From positions 5,828,001-5,892,000 of the forward strand of contig OU015567.1 in the NCBI GenBank assembly GCA_907165135.1: a DNA stretch of 64,000 bases, written 5' to 3'. Shown piece after piece: positions 1 to 10,858 of this stretch. The stretch comes from Oikopleura dioica (Eukaryota; Animalia; Chordata). The notes under the pieces are model-generated. The model had not been told where the DNA came from. It saw only the letters and a list, made by a program, of their open reading frames with translations, and did no database searches. The first letter of the stretch is position 1. The number at the start of each line of letters is the position of its first letter. The position numbers and the translations under genes were made by a program.

Positions 1-119
1 ATGATAAAAAATAAAACTCAGCAGAAAATTCCAAATGATCTTTTCTTTCAAATGAGCCTCAATAAAGCTCAAATTTATGAGAAGTTTCGTTCGTAAAAAC
101 AAATTTACGACTAAAAATT

Positions 120-293
120 CTAGTTTTTCTTTGACTGATAATTTTTGTCATCAATTCCTTCTGAAGTTTGATCTTCAAGAAAGCCCGAGGTCTCGTCTTC
201 TGGCATTTTAGATTCGGACTCATTTCGGGGCAAACTACTGCTACAGGTACTCACTGTCTCGACCGTCTCAATCGTCGCAATCTCCGAAGCCAT
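120..293 (-). CDS. Candidate first coding exon of a gene running off the left edge (MASEIATIETVETVSTCSSSLPRNESESKMPEDETSGFLEDQ...)
   Basis: ATG at 293 opens a 57-codon acidic frame to a TAG at 120-122, with an internal GTGAGT donor-like site. No recognisable homology. Confidence 0.3.
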   Translation of the reverse strand: MASEIATIETVETVSTCSSSLPRNESESKMPEDETSGFLEDQTSEGIDDKNYQSKKN

Positions 294-2647
294 CTCTCCC
301 CCACCCCACCGAATTTTTCTCTCTTTTTGGAGTCAATCGCGTGCGTTTTTCCCTCCCATAAAATCGCCTGCGTGCATTATTATGCAAAGCAAATTTGTGA
401 ATCACTCATTAAATAACTCTTCTCTTTCCAACCAAAAAAAGTCTGAAGTTTTCGACCTTTTCTTGAAAGATTTTTTTTTTCTATTTTGAAAATCACTCCG
501 CTTGGGAGCCCTTGGGGCCCCTCGAGGGGAAAATCGAAAATTTCTTTTTGCGAAAGTTTTTTTTCTCGACTTTCCGGTCGATTTGCTTTCACGCTAGTAG
601 TGGTACTGCTGGCTGAGCAGGTGCACTACGAGATAGTAATCAGAAAAGAAGAGAAAGGGAAAGACGTAAATGTCACGTTTACGAGCAAGAACACAAGTTC
701 AACTCAAGCCTTTCTGATTCTGATTCTGACGCTGTCTTGCGCAAATTTTACGGAAAAAAAGAGCGAAACAATCAAAGAACTCTCAAAGGAGACAGAACGT
801 CTGTCTTTCTGCTGTGATTAAAAATGATGATCTTCTCAGTTAAAATTCTCCAACGATGATCGTGATTAATAAGCAATTTATGAACCGCATAATCATTTTT
901 ACGGCCATTTTCTCTGACGCAGTAATTTTTCTCCCGTACTCATTCCCTACCTATTTGATTAAATCTAGTCATCCTTTTTTTCCAACAAAAAAATCTCTAT
1001 TTTCTTCAAACCTCCATTTTTCTCGCCTTGATTCTCAAGTTGAATCGCTAACCACATAATTTCCCGCCCATTATTCCATAATTTCCCCCTCTCTTACCTT
1101 GCTTTGCCTCCAGAATAGTTGGCGAAATTTTGCAAAAAATAATATTTTTCGAACTTTTTTTTTGTTCTCGTGAGTTTTGCCCTTTGCCTGATTGTTGCCC
1201 CTGATGGCCCTCTGGTCGTCGTCCCACTCGTTCACTTCGGCCCAGACTATCGATTAGGGTCAGCAGCACTGCGCCGCGCTGAGAATTTTCATCGCTCAAT
1301 TACTTCTGTATTCAATGCCCTTAGAAAAAAGCCAAAAAAGGGGGATTCGGCAATTTACAGATTTCAGAAAGCGGCGGCCTTCTGAGATAATCTGACCGCG
1401 GTACTACTTTCTCTCTTTCGCGAACGCGTGATTGGCGATAATGCTGACTTGAGAATTATGCCTGAGAGGCAGGCTAGACCGCCGCGGTATTTTACGATAT
1501 CCCTTTTTTAGAAGCGCAATCGTAAAAACGTAAATGACGCCATGTGTATTGTTTTGAGAGTACAACTCACTCGTGACCAAGTTTCTACTAGTAACTTCAG
1601 CTTACTATTCCATAATAGTCTGTTATTAATAGATGATCATAAAAATTGACACTTTCCTAAGATGAATAATTACGACAATAGAAAAGCGTCACCAGCGATG
1701 AAAAAACAGGAAATAGAAGCATCAATATTTGCTCTTCATAAGTTCTTCTCTCAGAAGATATAAAAAGAAGCTGACCCTTTTCCTGAGCGTTTTCTCCCTC
1801 TTTTCAGCATTTCTCTTTTTTCTTCTTCGTTGATTTCCTATTTTCTGTTTGAAGCTTGAAGCTTGAAGACTGAGCTGTAAAGTTTTTATGCAGCCAAGTT
1901 TGAGCAAATTTGAAATTCACGCCGGCTGCATTTTCATTTCTTTTTCTTTCTTCTTTCTTGATTGAAAATCACTGGAGAAAAAAACTTAATTCAAGGGCCC
2001 CTTTTTCTTTCTCTCTTTTCTTCGAATATTGGCACGTAGTTTATCGATTGATCAGCCCTTCTTTTTGCATCTTAATTCGCACGGACTCTGAAAACGAAGA
2101 AATCATCGAATGACTCGCTCTCGCTTGGCAAACAGACAGTAATTTTATGAAGCCGCTCGCTCTCTCTTTTTCCGCGGAATTGAGCAATTATTGTTGATAT
2201 TCAGGGCAAATTGGAGGGAAAAACCATCATTCGAGCTATTTTTTACCTTTTTTTTATCGATTCACAAGACAATTTTTCTTAAAAAAAACAGCTGTTTTCT
2301 TTATTTTCTCTCTCAGGAAACACTCAGAATTCGTTCAATTACAAAAGACGATTGTCGGCGACGAAATGTAACGGTTTATGTCTCTTCGTTTTTACGATCT
2401 TTCGATTTCGCGAGCTTGAAGGAAAAAAAGCTCAGAATTTCGCGCTTTGAGTATTTTTACGTACCGCGCCGCGGAAATGCCTCGAGTTGATGACCTTTTG
2501 GGATCCTTTTGTCCTTAATCTTATTCAAAAGAAAAGCTTTTTAATGGCGCGACTGTTTTAAAATTTAAATGGAAGTTTGCTTATTTTCTCTAGAAAACTA
2601 TTTTTCAAGGCGTTTTCCAGCATTTCTCAATAAAATAAAATAGAGAA

Positions 2648-2915
2648 ATGATCTGGCTTTTGCTCCTAGGCTTAGTTGAGTCAGTAGTTTTTAATGAAAA
2701 GAAGGTGTTTGATCAGGACTTCTACGGTGGAATCTGGCTCAACCAGGAATATGAATATTTGAGGTAAAGTGAATAAAGAGTGTTTCTGGTTTCAAAAACT
2801 TGCTAGATTCGAGGATGTTTCCAGCTACGGAGGATTGTACAGGAAAAAGTACAACTTGGACAAGGATAAACTCAACGCCAAAGACGTATGGAATGAAGGG
2901 CTCGGCAACCTGTGA
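2648..2915 (+). CDS. Small putative secreted protein, two exons (MIWLLLLGLVES...NEGLGNL*)
   Basis: Hydrophobic N-terminus. A GT-AG intron at 2764-2806 (43 nt) keeps the frame to TGA 2913-2915. An alternative frame in exon 2 is also open, so the model is uncertain. Confidence 0.4.
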
Positions 2916-3024
2916 AGAAAAACTCAGTCAGGGTCTATTAAGTTTGAAGGTAAGGCAGGGACACTTGTAGCAAAAAGAGGCGTCTGATTTTCAGTAAATT
3001 TTGTTTATTTGACTGAGAGTAAGT

Positions 3025-4343
3025 TTATGCACAGAAACATTCAGCGACAGGGAATATTATCGGCCGGAAAAAAATGCCCGAGTGATTGTTGATGACTTTT
3101 GCCGAGGATATTTTTTCGCTATCCCATTCCAGTTTTTCGACGGCGTTACTAAGTTTAATAATTTTTGTTGATTCTTAAAGATAACATACGGTTCTTTGCT
3201 GCCGCTTACAAGATAAATCGTATTTCCGATTCGCGCTGCGGAAGAGAACCGATGCTTAAGTTAAATTTATATGGCTGAATTTAATAAAAGTCTTACAAAT
3301 TCGTTGAGCTGGCCAACCACGGTCCATTTTGAGTCGCGAAATAAATAAACATCTTTTGAATCTTCTCGGTCATCAGAGTAATAACCTCCAAGGAGAAGAA
3401 ATCCGTCGTAAACTCCAATGCAGGAGTGAAAGGAAATTGCTCTACAAATCATTATTTTAAGATATTTAAATCAAATTACTTTGGAAAATCTGGTAATTCT
3501 ATCCAAGAACCTCCGTCGAATTTCTCCACTTTCTTGTAACCGTCAGAAAGGGAGGAGCCGATTCCAACTGGTTGGTCGAAGTAGAGCGCCAAGCATGAAC
3601 TTCTGTGCGAGTATTTCGTCGCCGGTTTTATTGACACCGCGCTGCCGTCGAATTCTTCGCAGTTTTTGTATTCATCATAGGAAAAACAAATTAATGCTAA
3701 AAATTTTAATATTTTTTGAACATTTCGACTTGTCCTTTACCTGATTGTTGATCCGCCGCCGTGACTGTAGCAGAGCTATAGTAATACCAATTGTTGAGCT
3801 TCACATCTAATTCCTCGATTTCGCAGCCGTTTATCATCGAAATCTATTTTTCCAGGGAGTAAAAATATTTATAAGCTGACACTTACTCTGAATTCATAAT
3901 CTTGGTATCCGCTAAAAATGTAGACTTTTCCGCGAATCAAAGCAGAAATCGAATGGTAAAGATAGTGATATGTGTGACTTGAAGGAGGCATTTTGATTGT
4001 CCGAGAACTCTTGCTTCCGTCTGGTTTGACAACGTAGCTCAGAATCTCTGTTTGAGATTCATAACCAGAAAGAACCATCAATGAGCGACTGTTTTTGAGT
4101 TCTTCGATCTCTTTTTGAAGCCGGAGAACATCTATGTTAAATTTTTAAATGTTGTTAAACAAAATTTGCACTGGCAGTGTTCAGATCATAAGCTTTACCT
4201 GAAGCTTCCGCATCGGTAGAATTGTCCTGCGAGTCTGAACGAGTACCCATTTTCGAAAGAATCAAAGGCGTAACGATTCCGTGGATGGTCAGAAGAGCCA
4301 CTGCAATCTTCAAAATCAGCGAAAGACCTTTTAGTTTATTCAT
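3025..4343 (-). CDS. Kelch/galactose-oxidase-like beta-propeller protein, copy A (multi-exon)
   Basis: Exons encode SISALIRGKVYIFSGY, FHSCIGVYDGFLLLGGY, RDSKWTVVGQLNEF and HSGIFFRPIIFPVAECFCA*, joined by short GT-AG introns. Collinear inverted paralog at 5971-9582. Confidence 0.7.
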
Positions 4344-4693
4344 GCACGATTTTTCTCCTTTTTCTCCTTCTCTTCTCCTTTCTTTTCTGCTTGGTTGTTA
4401 ACTTGATTGCTGACGTTGACTACGACATTCAAGGGAACAGATGAAGCATCTTCTGAACTCTCTTCCTTTTTAAAACTTCCCTTCATTTCAAGAATTTTTT
4501 ACGAGTTTATTTGGCTGTTAATCGTTTAACGTGACTCGGCTTTGAGATTTTCAATTTGTGATTGCAGAGTAAACATTCAGAGTATTCAATCAAATTTCAT
4601 TTTTGAGTCTTTTGTTGAAAATTTCAGAATATGAGTAATTTTTCGTTCAGAATATTTCTGAAATTCAGACCCTGACTCATGTTTTCTGCACAG

Positions 4694-5576
4694 GTTTTCG
4701 AGCCCAGATGGAATGCTTTCGAGCCAATTCACTGCAAAGGAGTAATTGTCAGCAAACACTTTTTCGTCACCAGTAGGTTTCGCTCTTCGAAGCGAGTATT
4801 GATGTTCTTTTTAGTCCGAGAATGCTACGACCAAAAGAAAATTTCCAAAAACGAAATTGCGGCTGGAGAAGTTTTCGTCCGATACGGCGCATTTTCCCAA
4901 AATTCGATGGCCGATTCGAGATCGTGGACGAGATTCGAATTCAGTACTACCACGTCGTTTTGAAGGCGCGCGGCGATTTTATTCTCGGCGAGTATTCCAA
5001 GCCCGCGAAGATGATGTCCTGGCCAGAAGTCGAGAAAAATATTTATGTAATTCGAATTGCTCGTTTTTATGGTTGAAATCGTCTGCTTCAGAAACGTCAA
5101 GGAAACAAGTCGCATAAAGACAAAGATCGCTGCGTGATAATCGGTCCGAAAATGAACCCGACTAATCCAGATGCTCATTTCAATGTGATCAAATGGAGCA
5201 TTTGGTCAAACAAGAAGCATCTCGAGGGGTTCAGAGGCCACGAAGGCGTCTGGTGGGCCAAGCCCAAGGGCCAGAAGCCTTATTCTCCCGAAGAATCAGG
5301 TTCAAAAGAGAATCAATTAGCAATTCATTCCTTTTTTTAGATCTTGGGGCGCCGGCGTTTTGCTGGAATTTCGAGAAACACGAATGGCAGGTTTTCGGCT
5401 TCGTCCTCCAGCAACTGCCAAGAAACGACGAGAATTTTGGAATTCTAGAGCGAATCGTAATCGAGTTCTATCAAATCAGAGAAGAGAGAATTGAAATGTA
5501 CGAACATAACAAGCCAATTTGGGAGAAAATCAACCAGAACATGATTGGAAGAAAAGAACTGAGAAATGAGCTTTGA
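4694..5576 (+). CDS. Degenerate trypsin-like serine protease homolog (probably non-catalytic), with a 1-nt frameshift near 4895-4920
   Basis: Ordered motifs resemble the S1 fold: CKGVIVSKHFFVTS (cf. CGGSIIS..W.LTAAHC), EVFVRYG, YSKPAKM, RCVIIG and SDLGAPAFC...WQVFGFV (cf. GDSGGPLVC...W.L.GIV). Introns at 5048-5091 and about 5259-5340 region are GT-AG. The first exon was not located. Confidence 0.5.
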
Positions 5577-5970
5577 AAAAATGAACTTTCTGCCAAGAAA
5601 TAAAGAAATTTCAAAAATCAAAAATTTGATTCGACGAAATCGAAGAAGCGATTTGTCGGCGCTGCAAAAAAGCGCGCCGATTAGTGTCCATTATTTTCGA
5701 GAAGTGGCAAGTCTTGGGCCAAACTTCCGAAAAGGTTGCCGAGCCAAGGGATGAAAAATGATCTCAATTTCAAGAAAGAAAAAGATTAAAATATAGCTTG
5801 ATAGTCACGTGAACCCTTTAGTTACTGGCATTAATTATACTAATAATGAATATTATTAATAATTTACTGAGACTCTCAGACTCTCAGACTGAAAGGCACG
5901 TCTTTACTCAGAAGGTGACTCACGGCTTTTTTACCATTGGCTCCGAAGGACAGAGTTTTTCAAAAGAGAA

Positions 5971-8900
5971 ATGATCGTTTTTCTTGTATTTTTTGCGAAA
6001 TTGATTTCAGCAGTAAATGAACGGGTTGATCTTGAGGAGCATTCAAATGGCCTAGAAAGCAGGGCGGTCTAATTTGCATTCTTGTAAATAGTCTTTTTTC
6101 CGAAGACTATTCATTTATTCTTATAACATTAATCTCGACGCGAGATTAGTCTGTTTGAATAAAAAAGATTAATTCGGGAAATTTTCGAAATAGTTCCGAG
6201 ATTATTTCAAATAATCTTGAAACGCGCGCTGTGATTGGTGGACCAATGGCCGACGGCGCGAGAGAAAAATGAAACTCAAACATGCTTGGAGCGCAGCTTG
6301 AAATTTTGTCCGCGCCGCCTCGCACTGCTCACAGCTCGCCAGCGCCACCCAAATTTTTCCCCCGAGCCACGCGACCCTCGCTAAAAAGATTAATCTCGAA
6401 ACTAGTCCAGTCTTGACTAATCTCAGAATTTTTTTCCAAAGAAGATTAATCTCGCAAATTTTCGAGATTATTTACAAGAATGCAAATTAGACCGCCCTGC
6501 TAGAAAGCGAAAACGAGCATTTGAAAGCTGAAATTGAAGCTCTTTATCTAAAATCCGAGAATCTCTCTGAAAATCTGGCGAGCTTGAAAATTGAGAATGA
6601 AAGACTTTCGAACGAGGAAAAACGGTAATTTCCATCATTTAAATTTCATTTTCAAAATGGATTCAGACTCAAAACGAGAAATTACAACTTATGGAAGAAG
6701 CTTCAGGGTCAAGCTCAAAAAGGTTTATTTTGGGAAGATTTTTTCTCGAGTTTGAATGAATTTAGATGAGGAAGTAATAAGATTGAAAAGAGAGAATGCC
6801 AACTTGATCGCTGCGAACATGGAGCTTAAAAGATCGAGAACGGATCAAAAACAGGCTGCTTTGAAGGAAATCAACGAAGATTTAGAAAAAGCGAAAAGGG
6901 AGAAGGGCGAGATTCAGGAAAAATTGGATATCGAGAAGATTAGGTGAGCAGTCGGTCTCTTTTTGACTTGATTTATCTTTTAAGAAATGCTGATCTTCAA
7001 AGCGAAATCGAGCAATGCAAAAGCGAAGAGGAACATTTGAAAGATGAAATCAAGGAGGAGAAGGCGCGGTGTTCTAGGGCTACTCAGGTTTGATTGAAAA
7101 TTGAAGCTTGGTTTTTATAAGATTCGCTAGGATTTGAAAAATGATCTCGAGCGAGAAGACCTCGAAAATCAAGAGAAGAACTCGTTGATGGTGCTTTCTT
7201 ACCAATCAAAAACAGAGTTTCTGAGCTACGTTCTCAAGCCAGACGGAAGCGAGAGTTCCCGCACAATCAAGATGCCTTCTTCAAGTCATGAATATCACTA
7301 CCTTTACTGGTCGATTTCTGCTTTGGTTCGCGGAAAAGTCTACGTTATTGGTGGATACGGAGAATATAAATTTAGAGTAAGTGTCAGCTTATACAGTTGA
7401 CTCGCACAATTTGGACCCGCACAATTCGGCCCTTTTTCCGAATTTTGCGAAAATTAATGAAACTCGCTCAACAAGCCATCTTTGTGAATTTCTGTTAAAT
7501 TTGCTTGCTCAAACGTAAAAAATGCTATTTCTTACCTTTTTTTCTGATAAACACGTAGAATTTACGGGGATAATTGACGAAAAAAGTGATATTTTAACAT
7601 TTTAGGGCTCTAAAATTGATCTTTTTTAAAGTAACAGCAAATTAATTCGAATTTCGGACCCGCACAATTCGGCCCTTTTTCGAGAAATCTGCCTGACAAA
7701 ATGGTCAAAATTTTGTGCGAGAAATTGTGCGAGTAAACTATAAATATTTTTATTCCTTGAAAAAATAGATTGCGATGATCAACGACTGCGAAATCGAAGA
7801 ATTAGATGCGAAACTCGGCAATTCGTATTCCTTGAGCTCTGCTGCTGTAACGGCGGCGGATCAACAATCAGGTAAAGGAAACGTCAAAATGTTAAAAAAA
7901 TGAAGTCCCTTTTTTTCCTATTTTTAGCATTGATTTGTTTTCCTTATGAAAAATACAAAAAATGCGAAGAATTCGACGGCAGCGTTGTTTCAACAAAACC
8001 GGCGACGAAATACTCGCACGAAGATTCATGCTTGGCGCTCTACCACGACCACGCAGTCGCAGTCGGCTCCTACCGTTCTGACGGCCGCAAAAAAGTGGAG
8101 AAATTCGACGGCGATTCTTGGACAGAATTACCAGATTTTCCAAAGTAATTTGATTTATATCTTTTCGGGTTGACTTCGTTAATAGATCATATGATTTTGT
8201 ATCGAACGTTTTCGTTTATTGGATAAACTTCATCAGGATACTAAACTTAAGATGAACGAAAAAGAAACAGAGGAAAAAGAATACTTTTATGTTGAGAGAG
8301 CAGTGTGAAATTGCTAACTGACGAAAACAGAAAAACAAGATCAAAAAATGGCTGTTTTTAGTCGAGCGCCAAGGTGGCCCAAAAGTAACACCTTCTTTTT
8401 GCCTAGTCGTTAGTTGGAAAACCATACGACTCGAAAGAGCCTTAGGCAAATTTCTCAAAAGAGTCCCTGAAAAATACGATTTGTGTGATCTCATTTATTC
8501 CTGGAAATGTGACTGTAAAGCGCAATACATTGGTCAGTCCAAACGAAGAGCTGGTATTCGTTGGACTGAACATGTTAATTCTAACAACCAGAATAAAAAT
8601 GCGTCTTCTTCCATCTTCAAACATTTTTCCACTTGCAAGACCTTTCAAAAAAGCTATGAAACTTACATTAGTGAGCCAAGCACAAAAAATCTCACCAGTC
8701 AATACAAGACTAAAATCGCCCAATCGAAACTTGCTCTAGAGTCCTTTCACTCTAAAAATCCTCCGAAAATTCGATACAAATTTTCAAAAAATGACTATGC
8801 TTTAAAATACTTTGATGTTCTGCAAACTAATCTAACTAATGAGAGTCAAAGGAGAAGCGCTGAACAATTTCTTATTTTACTGCATCGACCTTCCCTAAAT

Positions 8901-9582
8901 GAACAATCTGATTTCAAACAGTTCAAAACTTTTTAATTTAGTCGAGCACTGTTTTGGGCCACCTTGGCGCTCGACTAAAAACAGCCATTTTTTGATCTTG
9001 TTTTTCTGTTTTCGTCAGTTAGCAATTTCACACTGCTCTCTCAACATAAAAGTATTCTTTTTCCTCTGTTTCTTTTTCGTTCATCTTAAGTTTAGTATCC
9101 TGATGAAGTTTATCCAATAAACGAAAACGTTCGATACAAAATCATATGATCTAATTTGATTTAAATATTTTTAATTATGATTTGTAGAAAAATTTACTTT
9201 CATTCCTGCATTGGAGTTTACGACGGATTTCTTGTCCTCGAATACTCAAAAGATGTTTATTTACTACGCGACTCCAAATGGACCGTGGTTGGCCAGCTCA
9301 ATGAATTTGTAAAACTTTTATTAAAGTCAGTCATCGTAAAATTTAACTTTAGCATTCGTTCTCTTCCGCAGCGCGAATCGGAAATACGATTTATCTTGTT
9401 AGCGGCAACTCAAAACCGTATGTTGTTTTAAAGAATCAACCCAAATTATTGAACTAAGTTATGCCGTGGAAAAACTGGAATGGGATGGAGAACAAATTGC
9501 CTCGGCAGAAGTCATCAACAATCACTCGAGCACATTTATTCGTCCGATCATATTCCCTGTTGATGAATTTTACTGTACCTAA
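5971..9582 (+). CDS. Coiled-coil plus kelch-like beta-propeller protein, copy B, interrupted by three mobile-element insertions
   Basis: Signal-like MIVFLVFFAKLISA, then heptad-rich exons, then exons matching copy A (SISALVRGKVYVIGGY; KKVEKFDGDSWTELPDFP; HSSTFIRPIIFPVDEFYCT*, TAA 9580-9582). Confidence 0.7.
6060..6499. mobile_element. hAT-like MITE (440 bp) inserted in a coding exon
   Basis: Perfect 31-bp TIRs (CAGGGCGGTCTAATTTGCATTCTTGTAAATA) and an 8-bp TSD CTAGAAAG (6052-6059, 6500-6507). An 8-bp TSD with CAGGG ends is typical of hAT. Confidence 0.9.
7394..7740. mobile_element. Tc1/mariner-like MITE (347 bp) in an intron
   Basis: TIRs CAGTTGACTCGCACAATTT / AAATTGTGCGAGTAAACTA and TA duplication. 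The paralogous intron in copy A (gtaagtgtcagcttaTAaatattttt) is the empty site. Confidence 0.85.
8199..8241 (-). ncRNA. Identical hammerhead ribozyme in the inverted pLTR
   Basis: Exact reverse complement of 9095-9137. Confidence 0.85.
8385..8936 (+). pseudogene. C-terminal GIY-YIG endonuclease fragment of a Penelope-like element
   Basis: The frame is open from the junction at 8385: DLIYSWKCDCKAQYIGQSKR...RWTEH...SSIFKH...RRSAEQFLI...PSLNEQ. No start codon and no reverse transcriptase domain. Confidence 0.85.
9095..9137 (+). ncRNA. Minimal type I hammerhead ribozyme in the 3' pLTR
   Basis: GUAUC-CUGAUGA-A-GUUUAU-CCA-AUAAAC-GAAA-ACGU-UC-GAUAC: complete core, 6-bp stem II, palindromic AACGUU stem III and 5-bp stem I. 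Confidence 0.85.
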
Positions 9583-10858
9583 ATCTATAAAATCAAAATT
9601 AATAAACCAAAGAAAAATCATCGCAATTTTCGCTAAATTGCTACTTTCTCAAACTAAAATCAAGGAAGACATTTTCTCCTCAATTTCAAAAAAGAAAAAA
9701 TTCCAAATCGATCAAAAATTTTCGAAAGAAATTCGTTTGAAAAAGTTGTTATTTATAAGATGTTTATTTGTTCCTTGTTTTAGCAGTTTATTATGTTGTT
9801 GGTGGTTGCGTGTTACAAAATAGTAGTTTCAAGTCCGTTTCGGGTCGCTATTTACAGATCATTTTTAAAAATAAAATAAAGTCATTTTTCCTAAAACGGC
9901 GAGTTGCTATTGCTGTACAGGCGAAAGACGCAAATAGAAAAGTCGAAATCGAGAAATCGTCAAATTTGAAATTTGAAAACAAAAATAACTCGTCTCGGGA
10001 GTCGAAACGAATTGAAATACAGAAGAGTTGAACTTGAGGTGATGCTACGGTAGATTGTATCGAGCGAAAGGAAACGCGCGCCGCCTCCTCTGCGCTCGTT
10101 TGCATAGATGGGTTAAGCTGCTTAACCCTCCAGGACCAGGGCTCAAAGCGGCGCTCTCCTTGGTCTAGAATTCGTTGTTTAAGTAGAAGGAAGGAACTGC
10201 ATCAGGAAGTTACTGATCGAAGTTGGACTGTCGGGCCAGAATTCGTTTTATTATTATTATTATTAATCAATTATTATTATTAGCGTGTTAGTGATCAAAA
10301 AGGCAGTTACTGGCTGCAAAAGAGGTAATGTCAGCTGTACAATCAGAGTATGCGTAGGTGTGTGTGAGCGGGCTTGGACTCTCTTTTTTTGCTAAATAAA
10401 TAGACCAACCGGTTGGTTGGGCGGTTTAGGCACACACAGCTGCGAAAATGAATCGAAATGCTATTTCCAAATTTGGCACGAATCAAAATCAAACGTTTTC
10501 AGACCCCCTTCTTTCTCCAAGCCTTCCAAGCAGATACAGTGGGCAATCGTCCATCCGAACCCGAAGACGAGTCCTAAGACTGGAGCCAAAGCAGTTGACT
10601 GTCTGAAAGACAGATTTTCTAGTGGACAACGATGATTCGACTAAATCGCCAGAACTCTACAGTCGAGAGAATATTTTTTTTGCAGAATGAGTAATCAATT
10701 TATCCACAAATTGCATAAAATTTCTTGCTGCGTTTTCTCGCCAGCTCCGAAATTCAATAAAATTAGGCAACTTCATAAAATCAACATAATTTTTCAAAAT
10801 GTCAGACACTCTGAACTTCATATAAAATGGACGCGCGAATCAGTCTATCAACTGCAAA

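Larger units (their letters stand above)
8158..9151 (+). mobile_element. 5'-truncated Penelope-like retroelement with inverted pseudo-LTRs
   Basis: GIY-YIG coding fragment flanked by 202-bp inverted arms (8183-8384, 8952-9153). 12-bp TSD TAATTTGATTTA (8146-8157, 9152-9163). The empty site is present in the copy A intron. Confidence 0.85.

Noticed and set aside
10248-10283. (TTA)n tract resembling a non-LTR retroelement tail
   Set aside because: No adjacent ORF, TSD or second copy is visible, so it is treated as a simple microsatellite.
10405-10412. AACCGGTT Grainyhead-type palindrome (also near 31100)
   Set aside because: An isolated 8-mer with no supporting evidence.
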